Below the pieces are notes generated by a model. It had not been told where the DNA came from, did not search any database, and saw only the letters and a list, made by a program, of their open reading frames with translations. From positions 372,001 to 436,000 of the forward strand of contig OY986949.1 of NCBI GenBank assembly GCA_963920595.1: a stretch of DNA of 64,000 bases, read 5' to 3'. The stretch is from Eimeria praecox (Eukaryota). Positions within the stretch are counted from its first letter, which is position 1; each line of letters starts with the position of its first letter. Positions 51,303 through 64,000 of the stretch are shown in pieces. The position numbers were made by a program, and so were the translations under genes.

Positions 51303-54300
51303 CTTACGGTCTGTGCCATCCTCAACGCCACAAGATATTCATGCTACTATGGGGCAAGCGCAAACTCGCTACTCCATGCTAGCACTAGACAGTCCCCAGA
51401 AATTCAATCGCACGTGGCAAACAACTTGTCCAGGTCTTCATCCCTAGTGCGGACACAAACACCATCAATACCGGCGTAGACTGCATCGCTCTTGTCGTTC
51501 CCGTTGGTGAACAGCGTCTACTTCGCAAGGCTGCCCATGGAAGGTAATGCATCAAACCTCAATGGCTGGCTGGTAGTGGCTTCGGAGGCTGTGACCTGCG
51601 TGTCATAATGGCCACAATCGCAACCGCTTTACTCACCCCACGGATGCTCTAGCCGCCCCCCGTCACAAATAGCCAATGCGCAACCTTTTGCCAGCCTACC
51701 ACCCAATGCTACCATACACACGCTGGTCCACATTCCAACCACTACAGGCTTTCACATCACCCAATGACTCACAACGACTGGCATGCGAGACGCCACGACA
51801 GACAGGCCACTATAGAATCCTTGATCGGCAGAAACAAGGATGTGGCAGCGCCGCTGTTCTACTGTGGAACGCAAAACCGAACCGTCTGTGCTCTTCAGTC
51901 TAAAGGGCGTGGCTTGGATACGATCCGCAAAGGGGGCAACATCGCAGACATGGGCTCAGAGCTGCATTCTTTACATCCTCCGGCATCCAGACTAATGAGT
52001 CGCCTTCCAACTCGCCATACACCACGGTGAATCAACCACATCCGCTGACGTAAGTTCTTGCTGCAGTGACACTCCCGCCACTTTGGGGCTCGAGCAATGC
52101 ACTGGCATGCGACTGCAAGCTGTTACGAAAAGACGCACTTCCTGGAAGACAACAGCAACTGCCCTGTACGGACGGCTACTTGTTTGCGCCGAAGTCGGCA
52201 CTGTCGTCTAACACCATATGTCTGCTGGATGGCGTGCCAACAACATCACTCCGTCAGCAAAGCAGCTACAGTGACCACCAGCAGTTGGTGCATGCACCGG
52301 CACTAAGGATAAATTCGCATACGCATTGTATCATCGCAAGCTTGCGTTGGCTTGACCGGCTAGCAAAACAATGTCAACGTTGACGGTGGATTTGAGAAGC
52401 CTCACTATTGAGCTTTGGCACATCTCATGCACTACTGCAGGCGTGCAGGCCAACTCACCCCGCAATCTCAAGCCTTCGGAGGTAACCATAAACGCATACC
52501 ACACGTCACAGGGACGCCAAGTGCATTTCTAGTGCTATGACTGGCCTACCAATGCTGTCGTCCACTGCTGGAGCCCAAACGCACCAACTGCATGTGCTTT
52601 CAACTTACACCGACTAGCGCATCTATGCCAACTGCTGCGTGTAGCCGGTAATCCCGGCTGCCCCAACGACGTCCAACATAAACTATGCACCCTTGCCACA
52701 AGGCCGAATTGCTGTCGCCTCCATGAATTCCATGAAGTCCGGAGCACACGTATACAGTCGCGCACTTCTCCCTGGCACACACAGGCATCACCAAAACCGC
52801 CAAATGCACCCCTAGACAAGCCAGCTGCTCTGCCCAGCGTACACGCGCTTTCCGAACTGCTTGATAAGGGTTCATGCCTTTGTAAGCACCGCCCAATGCC
52901 AAAGAAAAGCTTGTCTCAGCATACTCGGCGAAGGGTGTGCAAAGGCGTTTAAGCACAAGCACCTCGAACGCAACCCACTTCGTAGCGAAAGAGTCGATGG
53001 CAGGTCTCTCTGCCTCATACGCTGTGCATCGCTCATGTTTATGGTCCTCAGTGTAGCAAAGCCGCCAGTATTGCAATCGAACTATTTTACTAGCAGATGC
53101 TGCAGAGTGTTTGTAACACGGAGATTCAACCGCTCCTTCTGGGAGCTCCAACGCTTCATGCTGTCGATTGCATAACACACACTAAGGTGGAGAGACCTAC
53201 CACTTGTGCCTAGCACCTCCAATATCACTCCCGTCTAATGATTGCCAGAGGCCAACATCAAATGCCAAATAAAGGCATCCATGCTGGCTGTTTCGACTCT
53301 AAGTTAGCGTTGCAAAAACCCACCCCCTGGAAACCCACAGCACTAAGCAAAAGCCTTCACCGACTCTTGAGCGTGCTCCACGTCAGCGTCATTTGTGCAG
53401 CACGGGTGACGAGACAAGCTTAACTAAACCAGGCAAGTACCGGATCGCGCAAATCTACACCTCAATACCTCCTTTCTCGGATCATACGCACTTGCACACG
53501 CATATGCGTATGCTACACCTACTCAGATAGCAAATGCTAGCCCGAACTGCAATCAACTCAACAACTCTCACGCTACAACTGGATAGCACTCGCACCCGGC
53601 TGTGCACCGCAACAGCAAGCCTTACCCTGTTGCAGATAAAGCGAACAAATCAGGACCGATGCCGAAGCACCCGCCCAACCTTCATCAAACACTGTCTCCA
53701 GGGCATACAGCCTCCCACTACCAAGAAAAAGTGGCACTCAACACTCAACAGTATTCGCCAACCTGGGTTGCCGCACACATACAGAAGGCACGATAAAGTA
53801 GCGACACCGGCACGCACGTCAGACTAAACGTATACCAGCCAGCTGTTGTTAACTGGATTCCACGATACTCCGGAATGCGCTGAAACGAACAGCGCACATG
53901 CAGGGCAGCACAGACGTTCTACAGACCGTCCACTCTATGTACGAATGTGCAGTTGTGGTTAGCGCCTCCACACTTCAACGTCTGTCAATGTCTCATAATT
54001 CCAAATATAAGCGCACTTGCTGCACGGCAAAATGCATGGAGCGATGCAGTACGTGTGGCATGCTATTCTTGCGTTGTAGGCCTTTGTGCTAATGGCTCCC
54101 GCAACGCGTCAGGCCTCCCGTAGCTCCACAAGCAGAATATACAACCAATGCGCCAGACCACCTTGTCTAGCAGGTTCTAGTGAGAACATAACAACGTCCC
54201 GAAACACCAAACGCCAGTGCTCCATCTCGCTTGGCCAGCTCTACACTACGACACAAAAGCTCAACAATCAAAGCCTCCAGCGCAATGAGTAATTTCATAT

Positions 54301-55515
54301 ACGACTAGTGCGGGTGAATGACGCAGCCCTTCACACTTTGCAGTAGGCACGCGATTGGTGACGCATACGCGGCAATTATAGTATGGCGCGAACTCATGAA
54401 CGTAGCCAGCAGTACGAGCTGCCGCAAAATGACGAGACCCCCGTGTGCGCCATCCTTCAAAGCACAACGTACGGCATTCCTAGCAAATTACATGCAACAT
54501 GCACTGGCGCTGCAGCGTCCTTGGGCGGATGTTGCTCACAATCTTTGTAAGGCATCATTAAACGTTCAGTCAAACAAGACTGCATACATTTATGCCTAGA
54601 ATAGTAAGCAGAATCATTCTGCAGCTGCACTCAGCAGACAGACGTTGACACCTAACCATAGCACACTCACGTCTTTTTAATTGAGCTCAGCAACATCCTC
54701 AGTGCATGCAAATGTGGGCAAAATGCAAACGCCGAGAATGAGCCTGTCTTCTCAAAGCAACACAATATTAAGGGTTGAAAAAAAGCCTTAGCAAAGGCGA
54801 AGTACATGCACGCGGAGCAGCAGGAAGCACGCCAATCTCGCCACGCACGACAAACCCACTTTCGCTATGAAACGGCAACAGACAACCAGCTGTAGCACTA
54901 CTGTCGAAACGGCAAGATTCGCGGATATTTGCAAAGCCCCCACAACAAACAAGAGGTACAAAACTATGCAAGAGGATCAAGGAGGTAAACGGCCCACACT
55001 GACTACTTTTCTTTTCCCGGTGCGGTCAGCTCTGCAGCAAAACTTGCTAAAGAACGCAGTCGACAAACCACTCAGAACACGTATTTGAAGGTGCTGAACC
55101 CTCATACTACCAGCAGGAATGCGGGTGTCCGGTAGTGATACCGAATGTATTATTGTTTCGAGATCATGACGTACGGTCTACAGCAGCACGCGGTTTGGCA
55201 AACAGCAGCTTGATACGGGTGCCGGACGGGCTGGTATGTCAAAGAGGTGTACCGCAAGCCACTTAGCAAGCCATGTTTGATCACCGTAATGAAGATGCCG
55301 AGAGCAAAAACCAACCTACACGAACTACAGAGCCGCATAGTTCCACAGAACAAAAACGCGTCAATTTCTGCTCCCTCCACACTGTGCACCTAGCACTAGG
55401 AGCATCCCGCGTTGCCACAGTAGCGCATACTTCCGCATATCACAGCACTTTCATATTTACAAACGCAGCCTACAGTTCACTACGGAGCGCAAAGCCAGTT
55501 CAGTCTGTGTATCCT
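51303..55515. repeat. Unit B6 (4213 bp; type II + c, diverged 3' end with ~165-bp deletion)
   Basis: From ~54615 the sequence switches to a variant shared with B8 (63075 onward); junction catcctca|gtgcatgcaaatgtggg near 54701. Confidence 0.92.
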
Positions 55516-58500
55516 CTTACGGCCTGTGCCATTCTCAACGCCACAAGATATTCATGCTACTATGGGGCAAGCGCAAACTCCCCCTTCCAGCACAGCCGTA
55601 GGCATTCCCCAGGAATTCAACCTCGCATGCCAAACAGCATGTCCCGCTCCGCATCCCCACTGTAGAGAGGACCGCCATCAATACTGCTGCAGAATCCACC
55701 GTGCTTCTCGATGCCCTTGCTGGCCAGCGTCTGCTTCGCAAGGCTGCCTATGGAAGGTAATGCATCAAACCTCAATGGCTGGCTGGTAGTGGTTTCGGAG
55801 GCTGAGACCTGCGCGCCACAATGGCCACAATCATAGCCTCTTTACTCACCCCACGGATGCTCTAGCCGCCCCCCGTCACAAATAGCCAATGCGCAACCTT
55901 TTGCCAGCCTACCACCCAATGCTACCATACACACGCTGGTACACATTCCAACCACCACAGGCTTTCACATCATCCAATGACTCACAACGACTAGCATGCG
56001 AGACGCCACGACAGACAGACCACTACAGAATCCTTGATCTCCAAAAACAAGGATGTGGCAACGCCGCTGTTCTACTGTGGAACGCAAAACCGAACCTCCT
56101 GTGCTCGTCAGTCTAAAGGAAGTGGCTTGGATACGATCCGCAAAGGGGGCAACATCGCAGGCATGGGCTCAGAGATTCATTCGTTGCATTCCCGGGCATC
56201 CAAACTAACGAGCCGCCTTCCAACTCGCCATACACCACGGTGAATCAACCACATCCGCTGACGTAAGTTCTTGCTGCAGTGACACTCCCGCCACCTTGGG
56301 GCTCGAGCAATGCACTGGCATGCGACTGCAAGCTGTTACGAAAAGACGCACTTCCTGGAAGACAACAGCAACTGCCCTGTACGGACGGCTACTTGTTTGC
56401 GCCGAAGTCGGCACTGTCGTCTAACACCATATGTCTGCTGGATGGCGTGCCAACAACATCACTCCGTCAGCAAAGCAGCTACAGTGACCACCAGCAGTTG
56501 GTGCATGCACCGGCACTAAGGATAAATTCGCATACGCATTGTATCATCGCAAGCTTGCGTTGGCTTGACCGGCTAGCAAAACAATGTCAACGTTGACGGT
56601 GGATTTGAGAAGCCTCACTATTGAGCTTTGGCACATCTTATGCACTACTGCAGGCGTGCAGGCCAACTAACCCCGCAATCTCAAGCCTTCGGAGGTAACC
56701 ATAAACGCATACCACACGTCACAGGGACGCCAAGTGCATTTCTAGTGCTATGACTGGCCTACCAATGCTGTCGTCCACTGCTGGAGCCCAAACGCACCAA
56801 CTGCATGTGCTTTCAACTTACATCGACTAGCGCATCTATGCCAACTGCTGCGTGTAGCCGGTAATCCCGGCTGCCCCAACGACGTCTAGCATAAACTATG
56901 CACCCTTGCCACAAGGCCGAATTGCCGTCGCCTCCATGAATTCCATGAAGTCCGGACCGCACGTATGCAGGAGCACACTTCTCCCTGGCACACACAGGCA
57001 TCACCAAAACCGCCAAATGCACCCCTGGACAAGCCAGCTGCTCTGCCCAGCGTACACTCGCTTTCCGAACTGCTTGATAAGGGTTCATGCCTTTGTAAGC
57101 ACCGCCCAATGCCAAAGAAAAGATTGTCCCATCATACTCGACAGAGATCAAGCACCGTGCATGCAACCCATTTCGTAGCGAAAATTTGCTGACATGTCTC
57201 CTTGCCTCGGACGTTGTACTCCGCCCATGCTTATGGGCCTCAGAACGTCTGCTGATATTGCAATCGAACTATTTTAGTAGCAGATGCTGGAGAGTCTTTG
57301 TAACATGGCGATTCAAGGGCTCCTTCTGGGGGCTCGAGTGCTTCACGCTGTCGACGGCATAACAAGCACGAAAGCGCACAAAGCAATCAGGATATCCAGC
57401 CGCCCGGCTCACCTTGCATTCTGCCTTATGCCTCTAATTTCACTCCAGTCGAAGCGTGTGCACGATTCCAACCTCGGTTCCAAAAGAAGGGCTGCCTCGC
57501 GTGCTTATTCTAGTGACTGTATGTGGCAGGTCTGCTGCCTTACCTCCTGGGAAAGCAGGAGAGTGTGCAAGTTGCTTCTTAAAGGCTGAAGTGTACTGCG
57601 TGCAAGATGTACGGCGACACGCTTTATTAAACCAGGTAGCTACTGGCTCGCAGAAATCCACCGCCATGCATGTGCCGGTTTGGCATTTTTACACACGTGC
57701 ACCCCAACACAAATATAGTAAAATAAATCGGGCAGCAAGTGCAAGCCCAAACCAGAGTCAACTAAGCACGCCTGATACTACAGTAGGATAACATGTATGT
57801 TCTTCTATGCACTACAACAGCAAGCCTCAAGCAAGTGCGGGAACACGTGACCAAATCAGGATCCATCCACGGGCATCAGCTTGGCATTTCTGAAGCAGGA
57901 CTATCCCACTACAAAGGCGCCAGCCGAGAATATGTCAAGAAGATCGAGCTAGGCAGTGCCCTTCAGACTGTGATGCTGTCGACTAACAGAAGGCAAGACA
58001 AAGCAGCAAGCTGAAAATCTTACTAAGGGTACACCAGCCAGCTGCTCTGATTTGGAGCCCGCCGGACGGCGATTCCGCTGACGATCCAAGCAAAACCCAG
58101 CAGGGCTTCGCAGATTCACTGCAGAGCGACTGTCGACTCTACGTGCGAATATGTAACGCTGCTTGTAGCCTTCACGCCTTAAACACTGTCAATCCCTCTT
58201 AGTTGAAATAATCCCCTCACCGGCTGCACGGCAAAAAGCGTGGACCGATGCAATACGTGGGGCACATTATTCTTCAGCTCCAAGCGCTTGTGCAGACCGT
58301 CCCCGCAACGCGTCGGGCCTCCCGTAGCTCCACAAGCAGAATATACAACCAATGCGCCCGATCACCTTGTCTAGCAGGCTCTAGTGAGAGCACAACGACG
58401 TCCCGAAACACCAAACGCCAGTGCTCCATCTCGCTTGGCCAGCTCTACACTACGACACAAAAGCTCAACAATCAAAGCCTCCAGTGCAGTGAGTAATTTC

Positions 58501-59904
58501 ATATACGACTAGTGCGGGTGAATGACGCAGCCCTTCACACTTTGCAGTCGTCAAGCGATTGGTGACGCATACGCGGCAATTATAGTATGGCGCGAACTCA
58601 TGAACGTAGCCAGCAGTACGAGCTGCCGCAAAATGACGAGACCCCCGTGTGCGCCATCCTTCAAAGCACAACGTACGGCATTCCTAGCAAATTACATACA
58701 GTATGCACTGGCGCTGCAGCGTCCTTGGACTGATGCTGCTCACAATCTTTGTAAGGCATCATTAAACGTTCAGTCAAACAAGACTGCATACATTTATGCC
58801 TAGAATAGTAAGCAGAATCGCTCTGCAGCTGTACTCAACACGCAGACGTTGGCATCTAACCACACCTCATGCACGTCTTTTTAATTGAACTCAGCGCCAT
58901 CCTCATTCATCAAGCAGTCCACGCTAGCAGAGACAGCAATTATGGCGGCCGAAGCAGACGCAAACCACGTGCAGGGGACTGCCAAGCGTGCACTGATGCG
59001 CACTCCACGAACAGGCGAATCCCAGCGTCGCTTGACTAGTCTAAAAGCCATCGACACGCAAAACGCATGGTGCACGCAAGTGTGGGCAAAACGCAAACGC
59101 CAAGAATGGGCCTGCCGTCTCAAGGCAGTACAACCTTAACGGTTGAGATAAAGCCTTAGCAAAGGCGAAACACATGCATGCGGAGCAGCAGGAGGTATGT
59201 CAGTCTCGCGAGGCACGACAAACACCCGCTTTCGCTCGGAAACAGCCATACACAACCTCTTGGAGTACTCCTGACAAAGTAACGATATTCGTGCATGCTT
59301 GCAGAGCCCCACAGCCCCCATAACACACAGGATGTACAAAACTATGTTAGGGACAAAAGGAGCAAAACGAGCCATACTGCATACTCTGTCACTTCCCGCT
59401 GCGGTCAGCTCTGCAGCAGAACCTGTTAAAGCACACAACACACAAGCCACTCAGAACACGCGTTTGAACGTGTGAACCCTTATACTACCAAATGGCATGT
59501 GGGTGTGTGGTGAACTCGAATGTGTGACTGTTCCAATATCCTGACATACGCGCTGCAACAGCACGCAGTTGGTCACACAGCTGCTTCATATGCATGTGGG
59601 GCGGGCTGGAATGCCAAAGAGATGTCGCACAGACCACTGAACGAGCCTTCCCTGACTACGCCAACCAGGCAGGTGAAGCGAAAGAACCCAACTTACACAA
59701 ACTTCAACACCGCAGAGTTCAACAGAACAAACCCGCATCCGTCCCTGCTCGCTCCACACCGAGCACTTAACATTTACAGCACTGCGCTTTGCCACAGTAG
59801 CGCATGCCCTCACTGACCACAGCAATATCATATTAAGAACTCCATAACAACTCCATAACAAGCCACAGGTCACTACAGTGACAACAGTCAATTCACTGTA
59901 TTGC
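55516..59904. repeat. Unit B7 (4389 bp; diverged 55581-55735, middle type I + variant b)
   Basis: 57125-58310 resembles B2 35410-36600. Confidence 0.92.
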
Positions 59905-62900
59905 CTTACGGTCTGTGCCATCCTCAACGCCACAAGATATTCATGCTACTATGGGGCAAGCGCAAACTCGCTACTCCATGCTAGCACTAGACAATCCCCA
60001 GATATTCAATCGCACGTGGCAAACAACTTGTCCAGGTCTTCATCCCTAGTGCGGACACAAACACCATCAATACCGGCGTAGACTGCATCGCTCTTGTCGT
60101 TCCCGTTGGTGAACAGCGTCTACTTCGCAAGGCTGCCCATGGAAGGTAATGCATCAAACCTCAATGGCTGGCTGGTAGTGGCTTCGGAGGCTGTGACCTG
60201 CGTGTCATAATGGCCACAATCGCAACCGCTTTACTCACCCCACGGATGCTCTAGCCGCCCCCCGTCACAAATAGCCAATGCGCAACCTTTTGCCAGCCTA
60301 CCACCCAATGCTACCATACACACGCTGGTCCACATTCCAACCACTACAGGCTTTCACATCACCCAATGACTCACAACGACTGGCATGCGAGACGCCACGA
60401 CAGACAGGCCACTATAGAATCCTTGATCGGCAGAAACAAGGATGTGGCAGCGCCGCTGTTCTACTGTGGAACGCAAAACCGAACCGTCTGTGCTCTTCAG
60501 TCTAAAGGAAGTGGCTTGGATACGATCCGCAAAGGGGGCAACATCGCAGACATGGGCTCAGAGCTGCATTCTTTACATCCTCCGGCATCCAGACTAACGA
60601 GTCGCCTTCCAACTCGCCATACACCACGGTGAATCAACCACATCCGCTGACGTAAGTTCTTGCTGCAGTGACACTCCCGCCACTTTGGGGATCGAGCAAT
60701 GCACTGGCATGCGACTGCAAGCTGTTACGAAAAGACGCACTTCCTGGAAGACAACAGCAACTGCCCTGTACGGACGGCTACTTGTTTGCGCCGAAGTCGG
60801 CACTGTCGTCTAACACCATATGTCTGCTGGATGGCGTGCCAACAACATCACTCCGTCAGCAAAGCAGCTACAGTGACCACCAGCAGTTGGTGCATGCACC
60901 GGCACTAAGGATAAATTCGCATACGCATTGTATCATCGCAAGCTTGCGTTGGCTTGACCGGCTAGCAAAACAATGTCAACGTTGACGGTGGATTTGAGAA
61001 GCCCCACTATTGAGCTTTGGCACATCTCATGCACTACTGCAGGCGTGCAGGCCAACTAACCCCGCAATCTCAAGCCTTCGGAGGTAACCATAAACGCATA
61101 CCACACGTCACAGGGACGCCAAGTGCATTTCTAGTGCTATGACTGGCCTACCAATGCTGTCGTCCACTGCTGGAGCCCAAACGCACCAACTGCATGTGCT
61201 TTCAACTTACATCGACTAGCGCATCTATGCCAACTGCTGCGTGTAGCCGGTAATCCCGGCTGCCCCAACGACGTCTAGCATAAACTATGCACCCTTGCCA
61301 CAAGGCCGAATTGCCGTCGCCTCCATGAATTCCATGAAGTCCGGACCGCACGTATGCAGGAGCACACTTCTCCCTGGCACACACAGGCATCACCAAAACC
61401 GCCAAATGCACCCCTAGACAAGCCAGCTGCTCTGCCCAGCGTGCGCGCTCTTTCCAGGCTGCTTAACAAAGCCTTTGTAAGCACCACCCAATGCCAAAGG
61501 AAAGCTTGTCTCAGCATACTCGACGAAGGGTATGCAAAGGCGTTTAAGCGCAAGCACCCTGAACGCAACCCACTTCGTAGCGAAGAATCGATGACAGGTC
61601 TCTCTGTCTCATACGCTGTGCATCGCTCACGTTTATGGTCCTCAGTGTAGCAAAGCCGCCGGTACTGCAATCGAACTATTTTACTAGCAGATGCTGCAGA
61701 GTGTTTGTAACATGGCAATTCAACCGCTCCTTCTGGGAGCTCCAACGCTTCATGCTGTCGATTGCATAACACACACTAAGGTGGCGAAAGCTACCACTTG
61801 TGCGTAGCACATCCAATATCACGCCCGTCTAATGATTGCCAGAGACCAACATCAAATGCCAAATAAGGGCATGCATGCTGGTTGTTTCGACTCTCCGTTA
61901 GCGTTGGAAAAACTAACTTCCTGCAAACCCACAGCACTAAGCAAAAGCCTTCACCGACTCTCGAGCGTGCTCCACGTCAGCGCCATTTGTGCAGCACGGG
62001 TGACGAGACAAGCTTAACTAAACCAGGCAAGTACCCGATAGCGCAAATCTACACCTCAATACCTCCTTTCTCGGATCATACGCACTTGCACACGCATATG
62101 CGTATGCTACACCTACTCAGATAGCAGCACCCGCCCAACCTTCATCAAACACTGTCTCCAGGGCATACAGCCTCCCACTACCAAGAAAAAGTGGCACTCA
62201 ACACTCAACAGTATTCGCCAACCTGGGTTGCCGCACACATACAGAAGGCACGATAAAGTAGCGACACCGGCACGCACGTCAGACTAAACGTATACCAGCC
62301 AGCTGTTGTTAACTGGATTCCACGATACTCCGGAATGCGCTGAAATGAACAGCACACATGCAGGGCAGCGCAGACTTTCTACAGACCGTCCACTCTTTGT
62401 ACGAATGTGCAGTTGTGGTTAGCGCTTCCACACTTCAGCGTCTGTCAATGTCTCATAATTCCAAATATAAGCGCACTTGCTGCACGGCAAAATGCATGGA
62501 GCGATGCAGTACGTGTGGCATGCTATTCTTGCGTTGTAGGCCTTTGTGCTAATGGCTCCCGCAACCCATCGGGCCTCGTGTAGCTCCACAAGCAGAATAT
62601 ACAACCGATGCGCCAGACCACCTTGTCTAGCAGGTTCTAGTGAGAGCACAACGACGTCCCGAAACACCAAATGCCAGTGCTCCATCTTGCTTGGCCAGCT
62701 CTACACTAGGACACAAAAGCTCAACAATCAAAGCCTCCAGTGCAATGAGTAATTTCATATACGACTAGTGCGGGTGAATGACGCAGCCCTTCACACTTTG
62801 GAGTCGTCAAGCGATCGGTGACGCATACGCGGCAATTATAGTATGACGCGAGCTCATGAACGTAGCCAGCAGTACGAGCTGCCGCAAAATGACGAGACCC

Positions 62901-63705
62901 GCTTGTGGGCCATACTTCAAAGCACAACGTACGGCGTTCCTAGCAAATTACATGCAATATGCACTGGTGCTGCAGCGTCCTTGGGCGGATGTTGCTCACA
63001 ATCTTTGTAAGGCATCATTAAACGTTCAGTCAAACAAGACTGCATACATTTATGCCTAGAATAGTAAGCAGAATCATTCTGCAGCTGCACTCAGCAGACA
63101 GACGTTGACACCTAACCATAGCACACTCACGTCTTTTTAATTGAGCTCAGCAACATCCTCAGTGCATGCAAATGTGGGCAAAATGCAAACGCCGAGAATG
63201 AACCTGTCTTCTCAAAGCAACAAAAACTTACGGATTTAGAAAACGGCTTAGCGAAGGCGAAGCACATGCACGCGGAGCAGCAGGAAGCACGCCAATCTCG
63301 CCACACACGACAAACCCACTTTCGCTCTGGAACTGCAACAGACAACCAGCTGTAGCACTACTGTCAAAACGGCAAGATTCGCGGATATTTGCAAAGGTAG
63401 TGATACCGAATGTATGATTGTTCCGATATCATAACGTACGCGCTGCAACAGCACGCGGTTTGTCAAACAGCAGCTTGATATGAGTGTGATAAAAGCCAGC
63501 TTGCACACAATTCAACACCGGATAGTGCGGCAGAACACCTCCGCATCTGTCTCTGCTCGCTCCACACTGGTGACTTAGCATTTACAGCAATGCGCTTTTC
63601 CATAGCAGCACATACCTCCACATATCCAAGCACGTTCATATTTAGAACTCAAACGCAGCCTCCAGTTCACTACGGAGCACAAGGCCAGTCCAGTCTGTGT
63701 ATCTT
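59905..63705. repeat. Unit B8 (3801 bp; type II + c, several internal deletions, diverged 3' end)
   Basis: Deletion junctions near 62125, 63161, 63396 and 63480 relative to B3/B6. Confidence 0.9.
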
Positions 63706-63941
63706 CTTACGGCCTGTGCCATTCTCAACGCCACAAGCTATTCATGCTACTATGGAGCAAGCGCAAACTCGCCACTCCATGCCAGCACTACACAATCTCC
63801 AGGAATTCAATCGCACGCAGCAAACAACTTGTCCGGATCTTCATCCCCAGTGGAGGCACGAAAACCATCGATACCGGCGTAGACTGCACCGTCCTTGTTG
63901 TTGCCGTTGGTGAACAGCGTCTGCTTCGCAAGGCTACCCAT
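63706..63941. repeat. Start of unit B9 (partial, diverged)
   Basis: Anchor motif at 63706; colinear with the B consensus until cccat at 63941, then departs from it. Confidence 0.88.
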
Positions 63942-64000
63942 CCGCAGGCCACCGCAACCACAAGACACTCAGCGACTCCTGCCCCAACTCGTCAGCGAGT

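Larger units (their letters stand above)
1..64000. repeat. Macrosatellite-like tandem array of a ~4.1-4.4 kb complex unit, ~15 head-to-tail units, two subfamilies (A and B)
   Basis: Near-identical ORF translations and DNA recur at regular spacing. The MLTQCASPGR frame starts at 2504, 6798, 10933, 15069, 19203, 23338 and 27631. The motif cttacg..ctgtg.cat.ctcaacgccacaag starts at 29551, 33800, 38183, 42567, 46905, 51303, 55516, 59905 and 63706. All copies have the same orientation. Confidence 0.97.

Noticed and set aside
29551..63941. Known surface-antigen array such as Eimeria SAG
   Set aside because: The tandem spacing is reminiscent, but none of the translated segments showed motifs I recognise from that family.
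1..64000. Hundreds of 60-150 aa ORFs recurring in every unit as candidate genes
   Set aside because: They overlap in many frames on both strands, many begin at non-ATG codons, they are Arg/Cys/His/Ser-rich like random sequence, and they gain or lose stops between near-identical copies. Recurrence is explained by the DNA repeat.
1..64000. rDNA, 5S, tRNA, snRNA or spliced-leader gene array
   Set aside because: No rRNA, tRNA T-loop, U2/U6 or known spliced-leader signature was recognised on either strand. This was by eye only; an Rfam scan was not possible.
1..64000. CRISPR array or prokaryotic operon
   Set aside because: No 25-45 bp repeat with unique spacers, and coding density is far too low for a prokaryote or phage.
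1..64000. Tandem LTR retrotransposon, LINE or DNA transposon
   Set aside because: No RT, integrase, gag or transposase motifs in the ORF track; no LTR pairs, terminal inverted repeats, poly(A) tails or target-site duplications seen.

Overview
This window contains no credible intact protein-coding gene, RNA gene, CRISPR array or recognisable transposon. It is almost entirely one head-to-tail tandem array of a complex ~4.1-4.4 kb unit (about 15 units), so the many short ORFs are the same short frames repeated in every copy. Two homogenised subfamilies are present: A (~690-27900; unit ~4135 or ~4293 bp depending on a 158-bp indel) and B (~29551-63940; units 3801-4398 bp). By eye, the ~1.2-kb stretch between them is a highly diverged, colinear homologue of the A unit. 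It runs in register into the first B unit, so A and B appear to be two expansions of one ancient unit. B units are mosaics of interchangeable, diverged segment variants. The + strand is consistently A+C rich, and the - strand carries several canonical GT..AG splice-like signals. This suggests a eukaryotic origin and possibly a decayed intron-containing gene family, but substitutions between copies look mostly neutral. All identities and counts below are by-eye estimates, not computed values.
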